Source: Haliotis rufescens (taxonomy: Eukaryota). Taken from it: a stretch of DNA of 64,000 nucleotides. Below the pieces are notes generated by a model, which was not told the origin of the DNA, did no database searches, and worked only from the letters and a program-made list of their open reading frames with translations. How positions within the stretch are numbered: position 1 is the first letter of the stretch; every line of letters begins with the position of its first letter. The stretch covers positions 10,416,001 through 10,480,000 of the forward strand of contig NW_025964383.1 in NCBI RefSeq assembly GCF_023055435.1. Reading direction: 5' to 3'. Shown piece after piece: positions 24,301 through 36,495 of this stretch. A program made the position numbers and the translations under genes.

Positions 24301-26874
24301 TACTTTATTTTTGTTCAAATCGAAAAAAACTAAACTTGTAATGGCTCGTTATTTTTTTTGCCTATGGATTTATGAGGTGTGGAACATCGGAGCGTAAGAG
24401 AAATCTGAAAGGTAGGTGGTTCCTGAGTTGTCCATTTCTGCGTGACGTCACAAACCTTTGATCAACAGAGATCTGGGGCATTACATCTCGGCTGCCTTTG
24501 AAGATCTAATCAATCAATAGACTAATTAATTAACATCCAATTCAATCAGCTTGTCATAACTGTTTATTCCTTTTTATCCTTATACTTACTGTACATTTGG
24601 CTTTATTACCCGTGTGTTTTATTACCTTGTGCTATGTGTTATTCTTACTGTACATTTGGCTCCACCCAATTACATGTGTGCTACTTATTATTTGTTACCT
24701 GTTCTCAATGTTAATCTGCTGCTTATCAGAACATGACCTGTGTCTATACCTCTCATTCACTTGGTTGTTGTCACTCCAGAATCAACATCGAAACGTCGCT
24801 ATTTGTAATAAACTAAAAAATGTTCACTTCCACGAAGGGGGACAACGTTAACAAAAGACATGTTCACCTATTTCGAGGAATTTTTTAAAATGTTCAGACG
24901 TCTCGGACAAGTTCACTGCCTTCTTACCTCTCATTGTGCGAGCAAACAATCCCCATGGAGAAGACAATGATATTGTCAGACCCAGCCCTCCACGCGCTAC
25001 TATTGATAAAATGACAGTCTGAACGACTTCGCTCTTAAGTATTTACTTAAGTACTTATGTTAAGTACTTACTGATATGTTTATTGAAAACCCTAAACCCA
25101 ACAACTACTACTAACCCTAATTCAGTTATAACAAAGGCCCAAGGGTTAAATATGTCGGTATAAAGAACCCAAGGGCTAAAGAAATTAACTGAAGCGGCAG
25201 GAAAATGGCGAATGCTTTGGTTGCCAAGGAAGTAGTTCGCGCATAACAGAATATGGCGGAAGGTGTCCGGTATCAAACATTCTTTCCAAAAATAATACAT
25301 AGAATATGACTGAAAATGGTAAGCTTCATGTAAAGCTAGCTATAGTGATGCTGATGTGTATGTCTGAGTTTCTCCCAGCAGACTTGGTTACCTAGATTAC
25401 AAGTAGATCATCTCCGGGAACAGAGGCAACTAGCAACGAGCTCTATAATGATTGGGAATGCTCATGGACACTGAATGGGGTAGCCTTGTGGTTAAAACAT
25501 CGGCAGCTCACGCCATAGATCCGGGTTCGATTCCCTTCATGGGTTCAATGTGTGAAGCACATTTGCTGTTGTACCCCGCAGTGACGGCACTGGAATATTG
25601 CTAAAAGCAGAGTAAAACCACATTCACTCACTCAGGGACACTGACATTATTCGTATTTAACTCAACATTCCTAATAAACTGTATGCAGTGTAATGGAACA
25701 GCTCCAGGTACAGGATACTAAACACTTAGCTTTTCTTTAGCTCGTTACAATATCAATTTATTGTTTCATCATCCAAGAAATAATCAATACTGTACCTACC
25801 TGGGTTACTTTCTGACTGAGGGTCCATGGGTACGTAGTACCCTCCAAAGGAAGAAATCAATTGCTTCAGGTCTGTAAAGTCCTGTCTAGATAGAGTGACT
25901 GCAGCCTCTGTATCTCTCACTTGGGGAAGCTCAGTTGTAATACATTCATTGGTTCTGGATACTACTGTCTTTCTGGCCCTGAAGAGTGCGTCAACACTAG
26001 ACATAGCAGCGAATTTCTGACAATACCCAAGTGCTGTGTCACATTTGGCTTCCTCCATTTCCAACTTGGATAGCCGTGAATTATTCATATCATATACAGC
26101 TCTGAAACTTTGATCCAGTTGTAGAGAAACCCCTTCTTCTCGCTGTTTTAAAGTAGTTCTCAGGTCAGAAAATGTATGCTTTAAGAACTCCTTCCCTTCC
26201 TCCTCTTTCCCCTCTGACATCTTGACAACTTCTAGTACCTTGTCCCTGATGGCTCTGATTGTTTCTATCTTCTTAGAGAGGCCTTTCTGTCCTTCCTCCA
26301 GTACCGTCTCCTTCAGATGTTGACATGCTGTGGCTATGTCATTCACCTTGCAGTCGCTATGATTCTCCTTACATTTGAAACAGATTCTTTGCTCACATGT
26401 TTCGTCATAGAGCTGTAGAGGATGATCAGCATGTTCTGTGCAGTAGACAGTCTTAGGAGTAGGTTCTCCGTCAGAAGACGTCAAGTTTTCCAATGGCACA
26501 ACTGCATGTGACCTTGTTATCTTCATATCCTCATGGCTGGCCTGACAGTGCTCACACAACAAGGCTTCACATTCATCACACCAGGACATGGCTTGGTTGC
26601 CGTCATCTTTGTTGGTACAAAGCACAGCGGAACCATCGTTTTCAGCAGTTTGGTGGAAGATATCTTTGATGACAACGACATCGGGAGGAAAATCCGTTTG
26701 TTCTTTATCAAATGTTTCCTGGCAGATGTCACACGTCAGTGTATCAAGGGTGTCAGTGTCTAGGCATGTCTGACGCACCAAGTGGAGATATGGTAGGAGG
26801 TGTGGATCAGGCCCACCATACTTGTACGAGGTGTGTCACACTCTACACTGGGGTAGCTTCACTGCAGTCGCCAT
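21325..26874 (-). pseudogene. Divergent TRIM-like gene C with an in-frame TGA at codon 13 and a degenerate RING (pseudogene or RING-less TRIM)
   Basis: Exons 26874-25800, 24064-23994, 23710-23653, 23250-23182 and 21980-21325 join in frame (1929 nt) with GT-AG sites. The N-terminus reads MATAVKLPQCRV*HTSYKYGGPDPHLLPYLHLVRQTC. B-boxes, coiled coil and SPRY-like exon (QYWEM..LEVGV..LWPMFG) are intact. A possible 5' UTR exon donor lies at 28652. Confidence 0.75.
25477..25633 (+). mobile_element. SINE family 1, diverged, in an intron of gene C
   Basis: ggggtagccttgtggttaaa..ccgggttcgattccc..cactcactca tail. Confidence 0.8.
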
Positions 26875-29689
26875 TGTCCTGTTTAGTGTTATGATGTCCA
26901 AGTTGTGCACAGTTCTGGAAGATTCGAAGTATTGGAAATTATACATGCAAATAAAAAATAGAAAAATATACATTGAGATAACATAATGTCTGAGATATCA
27001 GATGACAACGTGCGCCCTGATTGAAAGTTTTTAAAAAAAAATATGACTTAGAAATACGATGTATCTCATCCATGTCGGAAACAATTTTTTTATAATGGAT
27101 TATATTGTAGACAGCTTATTCTTGATGTTGAACAGCTTTGCCACATCAGCGGACAATACGTGTACTTGTATTGTATATATGAGGTCTTGGTTACGGGTAT
27201 GACCTTTACATAGATTAATGCATGGTATGTTCACATAATAATTAGTAGACCGCCAACGTGGTCTAGTTTTTGAACATCTGCCCGGAGAGCGAAAAGGCGG
27301 GGATTTGATCCCCGGCCACGTCATACCAAAAAGACTTGTTGTTACCCTGCCTGTGGCCCGGAATTGAGGGCCGCTCGGAGTATAGTGTGCCTGAGTGGGG
27401 TAAACATGTTAAACTGCGACATGGTGTTTCAGTGGGCTATCACTATAAAATCGGCATTTGTCCGGACCACAGCAGCCACACGCACACTTGCATGCACGTC
27501 GCTATATAAGTACAATAATCTTGAGTGAGTGAGGTAATGCTTTACGTCACATCGGCAATATTTCAGCCATATCGTGACGATCACAATAATCTTGAACGCG
27601 ACGTTGAACCCTATTCCATCTTGCCTCAAATATAATTAGTATCAGCCGAACAAAATAAAAAATATCATGTACTTCAGATACCAACAAATTGTATACGACA
27701 GTGCAGCAATAAATACATACAACTGTACAACATCATTATCTTAACCACAACATACATTTCACATGTATTGACATCGGAAGATTGTCATCTGTGCTCATGT
27801 TTCATTCTATTATTATGTTTTAATTTTGTTTTTCTCATGTCTGTTGACATAATTCTATGTGATGCATTTAAAGGATGACGTTTTCATGGAAACTGCGGAA
27901 TGCTAAAATAATATTAATGCCGATTAGTAAAAAAAAACCAGAATAATAAAATTTAATATTAAATAAATAATGTACTTCAGGCCATCACTGATAAGACATG
28001 CATAACAAGATATATCAAATTCGCACTGTCGCCAATTCAACGTAACTGCTCACGTACGTAGCTACTACGCGTCCAAATCGCCAATTATATATATAATTAG
28101 TTTCAAATATATTGCTCAATTTGACCATTCGTCTCAAATAAAGAAATAATAATGGCTAGTCAAACTAATATCAAACACACCCCTGTATATTCACATTTAC
28201 ATGTCAATAAATGGCCTTTCAAGCACTGTAATGCTGAACTATCCGTGTATTCGATCGATCAGATAACAATAAGCTGTTCATTCTGCACGGGAGGTATGAT
28301 ATCTGTTTGCAAAAGGAAGATACGCGCGAGGTCGTCATAATACTCATGAACAGCGGCATAGAAAAGGCGAGATTGTATCAGCAGACCACATAGGGCAGGC
28401 AAGTGTGTCGTGTCCCAGAACATGTCGGCGCTTGAAAACGAAAGTAGCACTGTTTAGTTGTCACCTCACACTAATGTATAGACTTTAGACGAGTGTTTCA
28501 TGATTCAAGTTAAGATATGCTTAAGATATGCAATGTAACAGTTGAAATGCATTCTTGTGATTTAGTTAAACACATGTAATTTCTCATACAGAACAATATT
28601 ATCTTATTGATTATATTGTTAGGCTATCAGAGACGATCCACAACGCACCTACCTGGCACAGACCACGTCATGTTTGTGTAGCTAGGTCACTTCCGGGTTG
28701 AGGTGCAAAGGTGAATGCTATTTTAATACACGTATACGATAAGAGGGGAGTTGGACGTGAGCTGACATGGACTTAAACGTCGTCTTCATGAAACGTTATT
28801 GCGTTCAACCATAAGTTGGCTGGCCATGTCTGAGATCTGCCTTCCTAATCTGTCCCGTAGCCATACATGTCTATGAATGCATTGCCTTTTGCCTCAAGTA
28901 GTACTTCTCATTGACCGTATAAATTTCCTCAGAAAATAGAATCTCAATATATTAAGTTCGTACTTAATGGATGTAGAATGCACATTTCAGTATCTTTTGA
29001 TAAAGTCTTTGATATATATTATCTGTAGTGTCAGCAATGAGTAAACGTGTTATGTTTTCGTTCAATGACTGTGAAGCCCATTTCTGGTGTCCCCCGTCGT
29101 GATATTGCTGGAATATTGCCAAAAGCGGCGTAAAACCACACTCATTCACTTACGCTTTCATTGAAGTTACAGTATGGATTTTTTGCGTGTAGGCTAGTGA
29201 CGGGGATGACATTTTATCCAATGTTTTACGAACAAGAAACTGCCAAAACAGATCTAACATTAAATATCCAAACAACAAATAGCTATGAATAGCTAAATTA
29301 CATAAATTGGTCAAATACACAGACAATACATAATTGATTTATGAATGACAAAAAAATGTTTGCATTGTTAAGGATACCACTTTGGAATTTTATTGTGATT
29401 TTATTATATTTTTACCGTGCAATTGCGAGTGACAGCAAAATATTATTTTGTATTTCTAATCAATTTCTAATGACATTGTCAAATACTTCCATGCCATCTG
29501 ATTATTTATGCATATAGTAAAAGTAAAAACATTTTGGCTCATTAAATATATTAAAATACGTAAAAAAAAATAAAGAGAGCAAAATTAATCATGTATTCTT
29601 GTGTTTTATATAGATGTTTTTTTCACAATCTTAATATATATGTCTTTCTTCTGCGAAAGCGTAGTCGGGCCAGGGTGAATTATTTTTGT

Positions 29690-29765
29690 CTAAGTATCTC
29701 CTACGTAGGACTCAGTATCTTCTACATAGGACTTACTATCTCCTACGTAGGAATTACTATCTATC
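29690..29765. repeat. Three ~21-bp units with palindromic core cctacgtagg
   Basis: tatctcctacgtagga repeated, possibly internal to a MITE. Confidence 0.6.
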
Positions 29766-30357
29766 GTTGCGCAAACGGGCATAACTAAAACAATTGTCAA
29801 TTCGTTGCGTAATGGTTCACATATATTTCCCCATATATTATATATATTTCAGATGCCTTTTAAAGCACATCGGGACGTGCGGAATTATACAATATGATTG
29901 AACACATTTAACTGTGTCTTTGGTATATTTTTAGATGCAAGACATATGTAAAATAAAAAATTATTTCTGAGGGATTCTTTGACGAAGTACTTGAAATCAT
30001 ACACGCACTCTGATTGGTTTGTCGTATTTTCGCACATAACATTCATCGAGAGGGGGACGAGTCTTCTTATAGGTTACGGAAAGGGGCGAGTGCTGACGAA
30101 TGGCGCCAAATAGCAAGATCTCCATTATCCTTAAAACTTTAAGTACATTTTCTTTGTTGGTTTTATCGTGTTTTCTACACAGTATGTATTGTCACACATC
30201 CATGGAATATTGCAGTAACCGCAGTATGCATTCTGTAGCCTGTTGTTATACATAAAGTTATTTAAATATTCCAAACGGTACTTCCCAAATACATAGTAGA
30301 ATGTATATTTAATTCTTATACATCTAAAGAAATAACTTGTTATATACGTATACATTG

Positions 30358-30520
30358 GAGTGAGTGAGTGAGTGAGTATAGTTTTACGCCGCTTTTAGCA
30401 ATATTCCAGCAATATCACGGCGGGGGACACCAGAAATGGGCTTCACACATTGTACCCATGTCGGGAATCGAACCTGGGTATTCGGCTTTAACGCTTTAAC
30501 CAATAGGCTACACGATGGCT
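30358..30520 (-). mobile_element. SINE family 1, present only in duplication copy 2
   Basis: (gagt)n tail and gggaatcgaacc B-box. Absent at ~648 in copy 1 and flanked by tatacatt repeats. Confidence 0.88.
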
Positions 30521-31268
30521 CCACATATACATTATATATGATCGACTTTTAGTTTTTTGATACCACGCGCGTGTTTATAAACATGTCTACACATATATCG
30601 TTCCATTGAAGGCAACGAAATCCATGAAAATGGTTTAATTCATCCATGCTGATTGTAATCCGTTGAATAATACACTGATACACCTTGAAGAGCATGCTAG
30701 TATTCGACCGTTTTGTAATATTTGATCAAATGGACATCAAAATAATATTAAGTTGTTCGTGGTATTTAGGCATAAGATAATCAACCACACAATTTATGCC
30801 ATTTTGTCACAAAGTCATTATACTTTGTCATGTTACAAAAATCGTTTTCACGTCATTCGAAATAAAGCTGGTGATGCGATTTCATTGTGTGTCAGTATAC
30901 ATTACGAAAATTACAGATTGGTTTTTAAATCGATAATGTGATTACTACTATTTCCTGACTTGATAACCACATTAAATAATTTACAATGGTGATGATTGAA
31001 GCATGCAGTGATGTGTATGCTAAACTTAGTACAAAGTCTTTAATAGGCATTTAGAAGTTTGAAGAACATGAATACATGACACATTTTATGGATAGCAACT
31101 TCTTTTATTCTTTGTCAAGACGATTCAAAGGTATTTCGTTCGTGAATAGAGTTAGAATAAAGGAAGTTGATATTCTTAAAACAGTGTCACATATTAGTAC
31201 AGATAACTCAAAGATGATCACCGATGATAAACATCTGCGTTATAAGCAGTGTTGCTAATTCTGTTGTA

Positions 31269-34200
31269 CTACTGTCTAGCTACCGAAAAAGCCATGGCTC
31301 TCTCCAAAAACGATTTCTTCCACAGTGGTAATTGTATTTCTTTTCCTGACACCAGCTTAATCTGAACAGCAGCAAGGGAAGAGTTGTATGCTCCAAACAC
31401 GGGCCAGAGGTCATCTGCCTGTTCTTCTGTGTCTAGTGTCACAAGTTCAGCTATGGTGTTGAGGTCAAATATAGTGAGGGTGTTCCTGGTACCGTCAAAC
31501 AGAAGCCCATGTCTCAGTGTGTCAGATGTTCCTGGACTGGTCGACAAAACGTTTTCGTAGCATCTCATCTTCTGGCCATTGCTCCAGATCTTTGCACAGA
31601 CTCCTTTGTGTGTAGAGCAGTGTGAGATGACGAGACACATGGATCCTTTCTGCCCACTCATGCAGTAGCTGTTGTCCAGGCATGCTCCCCTAGCCACACC
31701 TATTTCCATAAGTAGGCCATGTTGTTGCATTTCAGAAGCCACGTTGAAGTCTGACTCCACCTCCCAATAGCTGACTTTGTCTTTGGGTAGAGGAGTAATA
31801 GCCGTTGTCCCAATATACTGACCTAGTTTCCTGTCTTGGGAGACTTTACTATTAACCAGGAACCCTTTGTTGTTGACATGGACCTTATTGTTGTTGATTC
31901 TTTCCACGTCAAACGACAAAGCAGGATCTGCAATGTACCAACACGTTGTTTCTGCATATCATTTGGTATCATTATTTTTTTCTAAATTGTAATCTCTGAA
32001 TTCTTTACGCTCGCACTATTTACTGGGTCTGTGGCTAGTCTGGTGGTTAAAGCGTTCACTCGTCACGCCGAAGACCCGGGTTCGATCCCCACACGGGTAC
32101 AATGTGTGAAGCCTATTTCTAATGTCCCCCGCCGTGATATTGCTGGAATATTCCTACTCACTGTAATATTTTCTAATCATAATTAATGTTTCTACGCTGA
32201 CATTAGTGTTTCCGTGTCTGCATAAAGATACGTTCAGTGTAATAAAAAAATTTCCAGTACATGTTTTGTTTCATTCAGTTTCCAATGCGTATTATTTCGT
32301 TTTATTACAGTTATTGATTTGTCTGTAATGCACAGTCTTTAAACTATTAGCTTGGCGTTACGCTTTTGATGTTGCAGCTGATTCTGAACCAGATTTCACA
32401 GAGGCAGATTCTCGTATTTTCTACACCAAATTCAAAATAATAACTATCATACTGAAACAACATTTACATATTGTCAGTGATGTCAAACACCAAGATATGT
32501 GGTAAATAAGAGTGTGTGAGTCCGGCAATATAACGGTGGGGACACAAGAAATAAGCTTCAGCAATTTTGCGTAACGAGCGAACGCTGTTACCACTATCAT
32601 CTTCAAAGAAAGCTGCTAACATACAATATAAATGTTTTCAACAAACCCATATACATGCTATGTAATCGGGATAAATGATTCTTCACTGAACGGAAATTAC
32701 CTGAATTAAAACTCAATCTACATTAGATAAATTATCAAGGATACTCATGAAACCGGAAAAGGTCAAATAAACATACAATGCATGCATGCAGATCAAATTG
32801 TTTATACATGATTGGATTCCTCTCTGGAGAAACCCTGGTAAACCTGATGTTTTTTTTACATAAACCTTATTCTTTTAATCCTTTCAAAATCAAATGCCGA
32901 ATTCGGACTTTAGATATAGACCAGGAAAATCTAAGGACAATATTTGAGTCAAGCAGATTATCATGCATGTTATTTTAAAATGGTTAATTATTAAAGCTAT
33001 TGCCTTCATTATTATGACATATTAACAACATTGAATTCAGAACAAACAAGTTGTTGATGTGTTTTCCACGTTGCTCCGTTTGCTTTAAATGTGCGAAAAA
33101 ACGAAACACGTTAGGTGTGGAATGATTTCACTTACACAATCTCTCTTCTACTGGCTCAAGGTGACGTTTCTCAGCTGAAGAAGAAGTAAATGCAAATATA
33201 TTCCAAGCAAACGTGTAAAGGTGTGTTCATTTCGTTTGGCATTATACAGTTCCAACGTTATCATAGCACAACAATTTTATCGTTGTAGACAATGATATTT
33301 CAATCCTATCTCTGCTGTTGTTCGGGCGTCACATAAGTTACATATTTGATTTGACATTAAATCTCTTTTTAATTGTTTAAAAATACCATAATCAAAAATT
33401 TATTTCATTTATTTCTAACCTGAGCCCTTCTTGTCGTTTTCCTTGTCTTGGCTGTGAATGTCAGACTTGGTTGTTCCAATGGATGAAATAACTTCTTCAA
33501 GATGTTCCATCTGTTCCTTCGAGAAGGACAGTTGCATGGCTTCAACCTCAGCCCCCGCAACATCCTCAGCTAAACAGTTTTCCGTCTGTATTGTCATGCA
33601 TTTCTCCAGCATCAGGATATCACTGGGAGGCCCATATTTCAGCAGTTTTTCAGTAAAGTCATGTGTGTCCTCACATTTACGTAGAACGTTTTGCAATCCC
33701 AAGTTAATCCTTGAAATGTCCACCAGGTTAAGTCTATGCTTGGAGTCCAATTCTTCTTGTAGTTCTGCTTCACGTTTGGTGAGACACTCCTTTAGATGAT
33801 GGAATCTTTTTGACAGGAGTGTCTTTGAGTCGTTGTAACTTGCTTCCGAATTCTCTCGCGTTGTTTTGGTTTCTGTCATCGCTTTCCGGATTTCTTGTAA
33901 CTTTTCTTCTAATTTAGCTTTGCTTTGTATCGTCGTGCTTTTCCCCACAGTAGCTGCATCTTCCAGTTCCTGCACAACACAATGCTTATGTTCTGACCGT
34001 ACGCATTTAGAACAAATGAGAGTCTCACAAGTTTCATCGTAAAGGTCAAGAAAGTACTCGTCGTGATCAGTACAGAGGGCACTGGGGGGCGTCAGTCCAC
34101 CTGCTTTCATATCTCCCACTGGCAACATCTGATGGGTCCTGGACGTCTTTACTTGGTTGTGAGCAGATTCACATGACCTACAAAACATGGCCTGGCAGTT

Positions 34201-34512
34201 CCTACACCATGACCTGGCAGTCTTTGCTGAATTACCGTGGTCTTTATTGGTGCATGTGACCTCTGATGGCTTCAATTTGAGGGTTGAGGATAGTATATCC
34301 ATTTCAGTGACATGGTCCTTTGGCAAACCGATCGTTCTTTTGTCGAAAGAATATCTGCAGAATGAACACTGTACCGTTTCGCATTCAGCTCTGATGCAAT
34401 CAGCACACACAGGATGTAAACAAGGGAGAAGGTATGGCTCGACTCCTTTGTATCTGAATGGCGTCTCACAAGCACTGCATTGTGGGATTCTAACTGTGAT
34501 TTTGGTGGCCAT
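31269..34512 (-). CDS. TRIM-like E3 ligase A2 (paralog of A1), ~596 aa, A-type tail
   Basis: Exons 34512-33420, 33174-33136 and 31927-31269 (1791 nt), collinear with A1 at an offset of 28757. Confidence 0.88.
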
Positions 34513-35599
34513 GATGTTGGAAACCTTATAAACGAAAATTAGGTATATTTACAAAATCAGTATGTCTAAGATTATAACAGGTAATTAAAATAATGTACCT
34601 TCAGGACGTCATTTAACCTGTATGGAGATTATTATTCATATATAATTTTTAAGGCGATATTCTTCTTACCAGTATAATTCAGCTTCGATGTTCGTATTGC
34701 GATGTTTGGATGATGTTGTTCAAAGGCTTTCGCTTAGAAATTCAGACATTAGACTCCGTTAGCTACCGTCGTGGAGACACCATCCACAGGACGTGTATGA
34801 CTGGGGGCGTTTGTAAACTTCGAACCACAAAATGACAGCCGACACTGTGATAAGTTGTAGTTGATGGCCGTGTGTCACATGATAGGTGACACACTCTGAC
34901 CGACTAAGCTGATATGCAATGCAAAAGTGTTTTTTTATCTGCAGTAAATGTATAGCTAAGGACTGTAACATGGTCATTATTATCGAACTAAATTTAATCA
35001 TCTCTCTAAACATATTTCCTGTACCCTCATTCAATCACGAGTACCGTACTGACTACCCAACTATATATGTATACTTAATGAAGGCTGTACTTGTCAAAAT
35101 CTGACACATTTTAGGTTTTAATGGAGACATTGCAGTGGTTTTAGATACCATGAAAAATATTATTTCTTAACCTGCAAAACAACTGTATGTCATCAAGGTT
35201 CTGACCATGTATTTTTCTTGGGGTAGTAGCGATTACGGGGATTGTGGCGGTGTCAGTGTGGGTTGGAGGGGGGTGATGTCACCTGGATTGTTTTTTAGAC
35301 AGTATCATCTCCAGCCACTGCTTCGGAAAATATTTTTCTAAACATTATAGCCCAAGATATCCAAATATTGTTGGTTTTGTAAGACAGCACAAGTGAGAGT
35401 CAACAAGACAAGAATTAATGGATATTTGTGATCAAATCGTTTACAACGAGTGGAACTTGTAGATGTCCACTTGTGGTGTGTGTGTTAATGTCGTGTAACT
35501 CTGCATCCAGGTTTACTACTACATACAACATTAAGTATAGCTAAGTACAGATATTATTAAGGTCATCATTGGCGCTGCTCCTCCAAAATAGGTTGTACC

Positions 35600-36495
35600 T
35601 ACGCTCTTCCCACTTTCCAAGTTTAACCCGACTGTTTCAGCACTTTCCACCCCCCAAGTATAACCCTATTGCTTCAACTTTCTTTCCACTTCCAAGGTTT
35701 AACCTGACTGCTTCATCATTTTACACTCCACAAGTATAACCCGACTGCTTCCACTATTTACACTTCCTAAGTAGATCCGATTGCCTTCACTCTTTCCACG
35801 TCCTAAGTATAACCCGACTGCTTCCACTATTAACACTTCCTACGTAGATCCGATTGCTTCCACTTTTTCGACGTCCTAAGTATAACCCGACTGCTTCCAC
35901 TATTTACACTTCCTAAGTAGATCCGATTGCCGTCACTCTTTCCACGTCCTAAGTATAACCCGAATGCTTCCTCTATTTATTTTTCCTAAGCAGATCCGAT
36001 TGCTTTCACTTTTTCCACATCCTAACTATAACCCGACTGCTTCCACTATTATACTTCCTAAGTAGATCCGATTACCTTCACTTTTTCCCGTCCCCAGTAT
36101 AATCCGACTGCTACCACTACTTAAAGTCCATAAGTAGATCCGATTGTTTTCACTTTTTCCACGTCCTAAGTATAACCCGGCTGCTTCCACTATTTACGCT
36201 TCTTAAGTAGATCCGATTGCTTCCACTTTTTCCACGTCCTAAGTATAACCCGACTGCTTCCACTATTTACACTTCCTAAGTAGATCCGATTGCTTCCACT
36301 TTTTCCACGTCCTAAGTATAGCCCGACTGCTTCCACTATTTAGGCTTCCTAAGTAGATCCGATTTCCTTCACTTTTTACCGTCCTAAGTATAACCCGACT
36401 GCTTCCATTATTTAAAGTCCATAAGTAGATCCGATTGTTTTCACTTTTTCCACGTCCTAAGTATAACCCGACTGCTTCCACTATTTACACTTTCC
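35600..36495 (+). repeat. Paralogous ~73-bp array, slightly shorter
   Basis: Same units as 6620-7575. Confidence 0.9.

Noticed and set aside
25085-25125. Telomere-like ctaaccctaa
   Set aside because: Only one or two units are present, more likely part of an intronic non-autonomous element.
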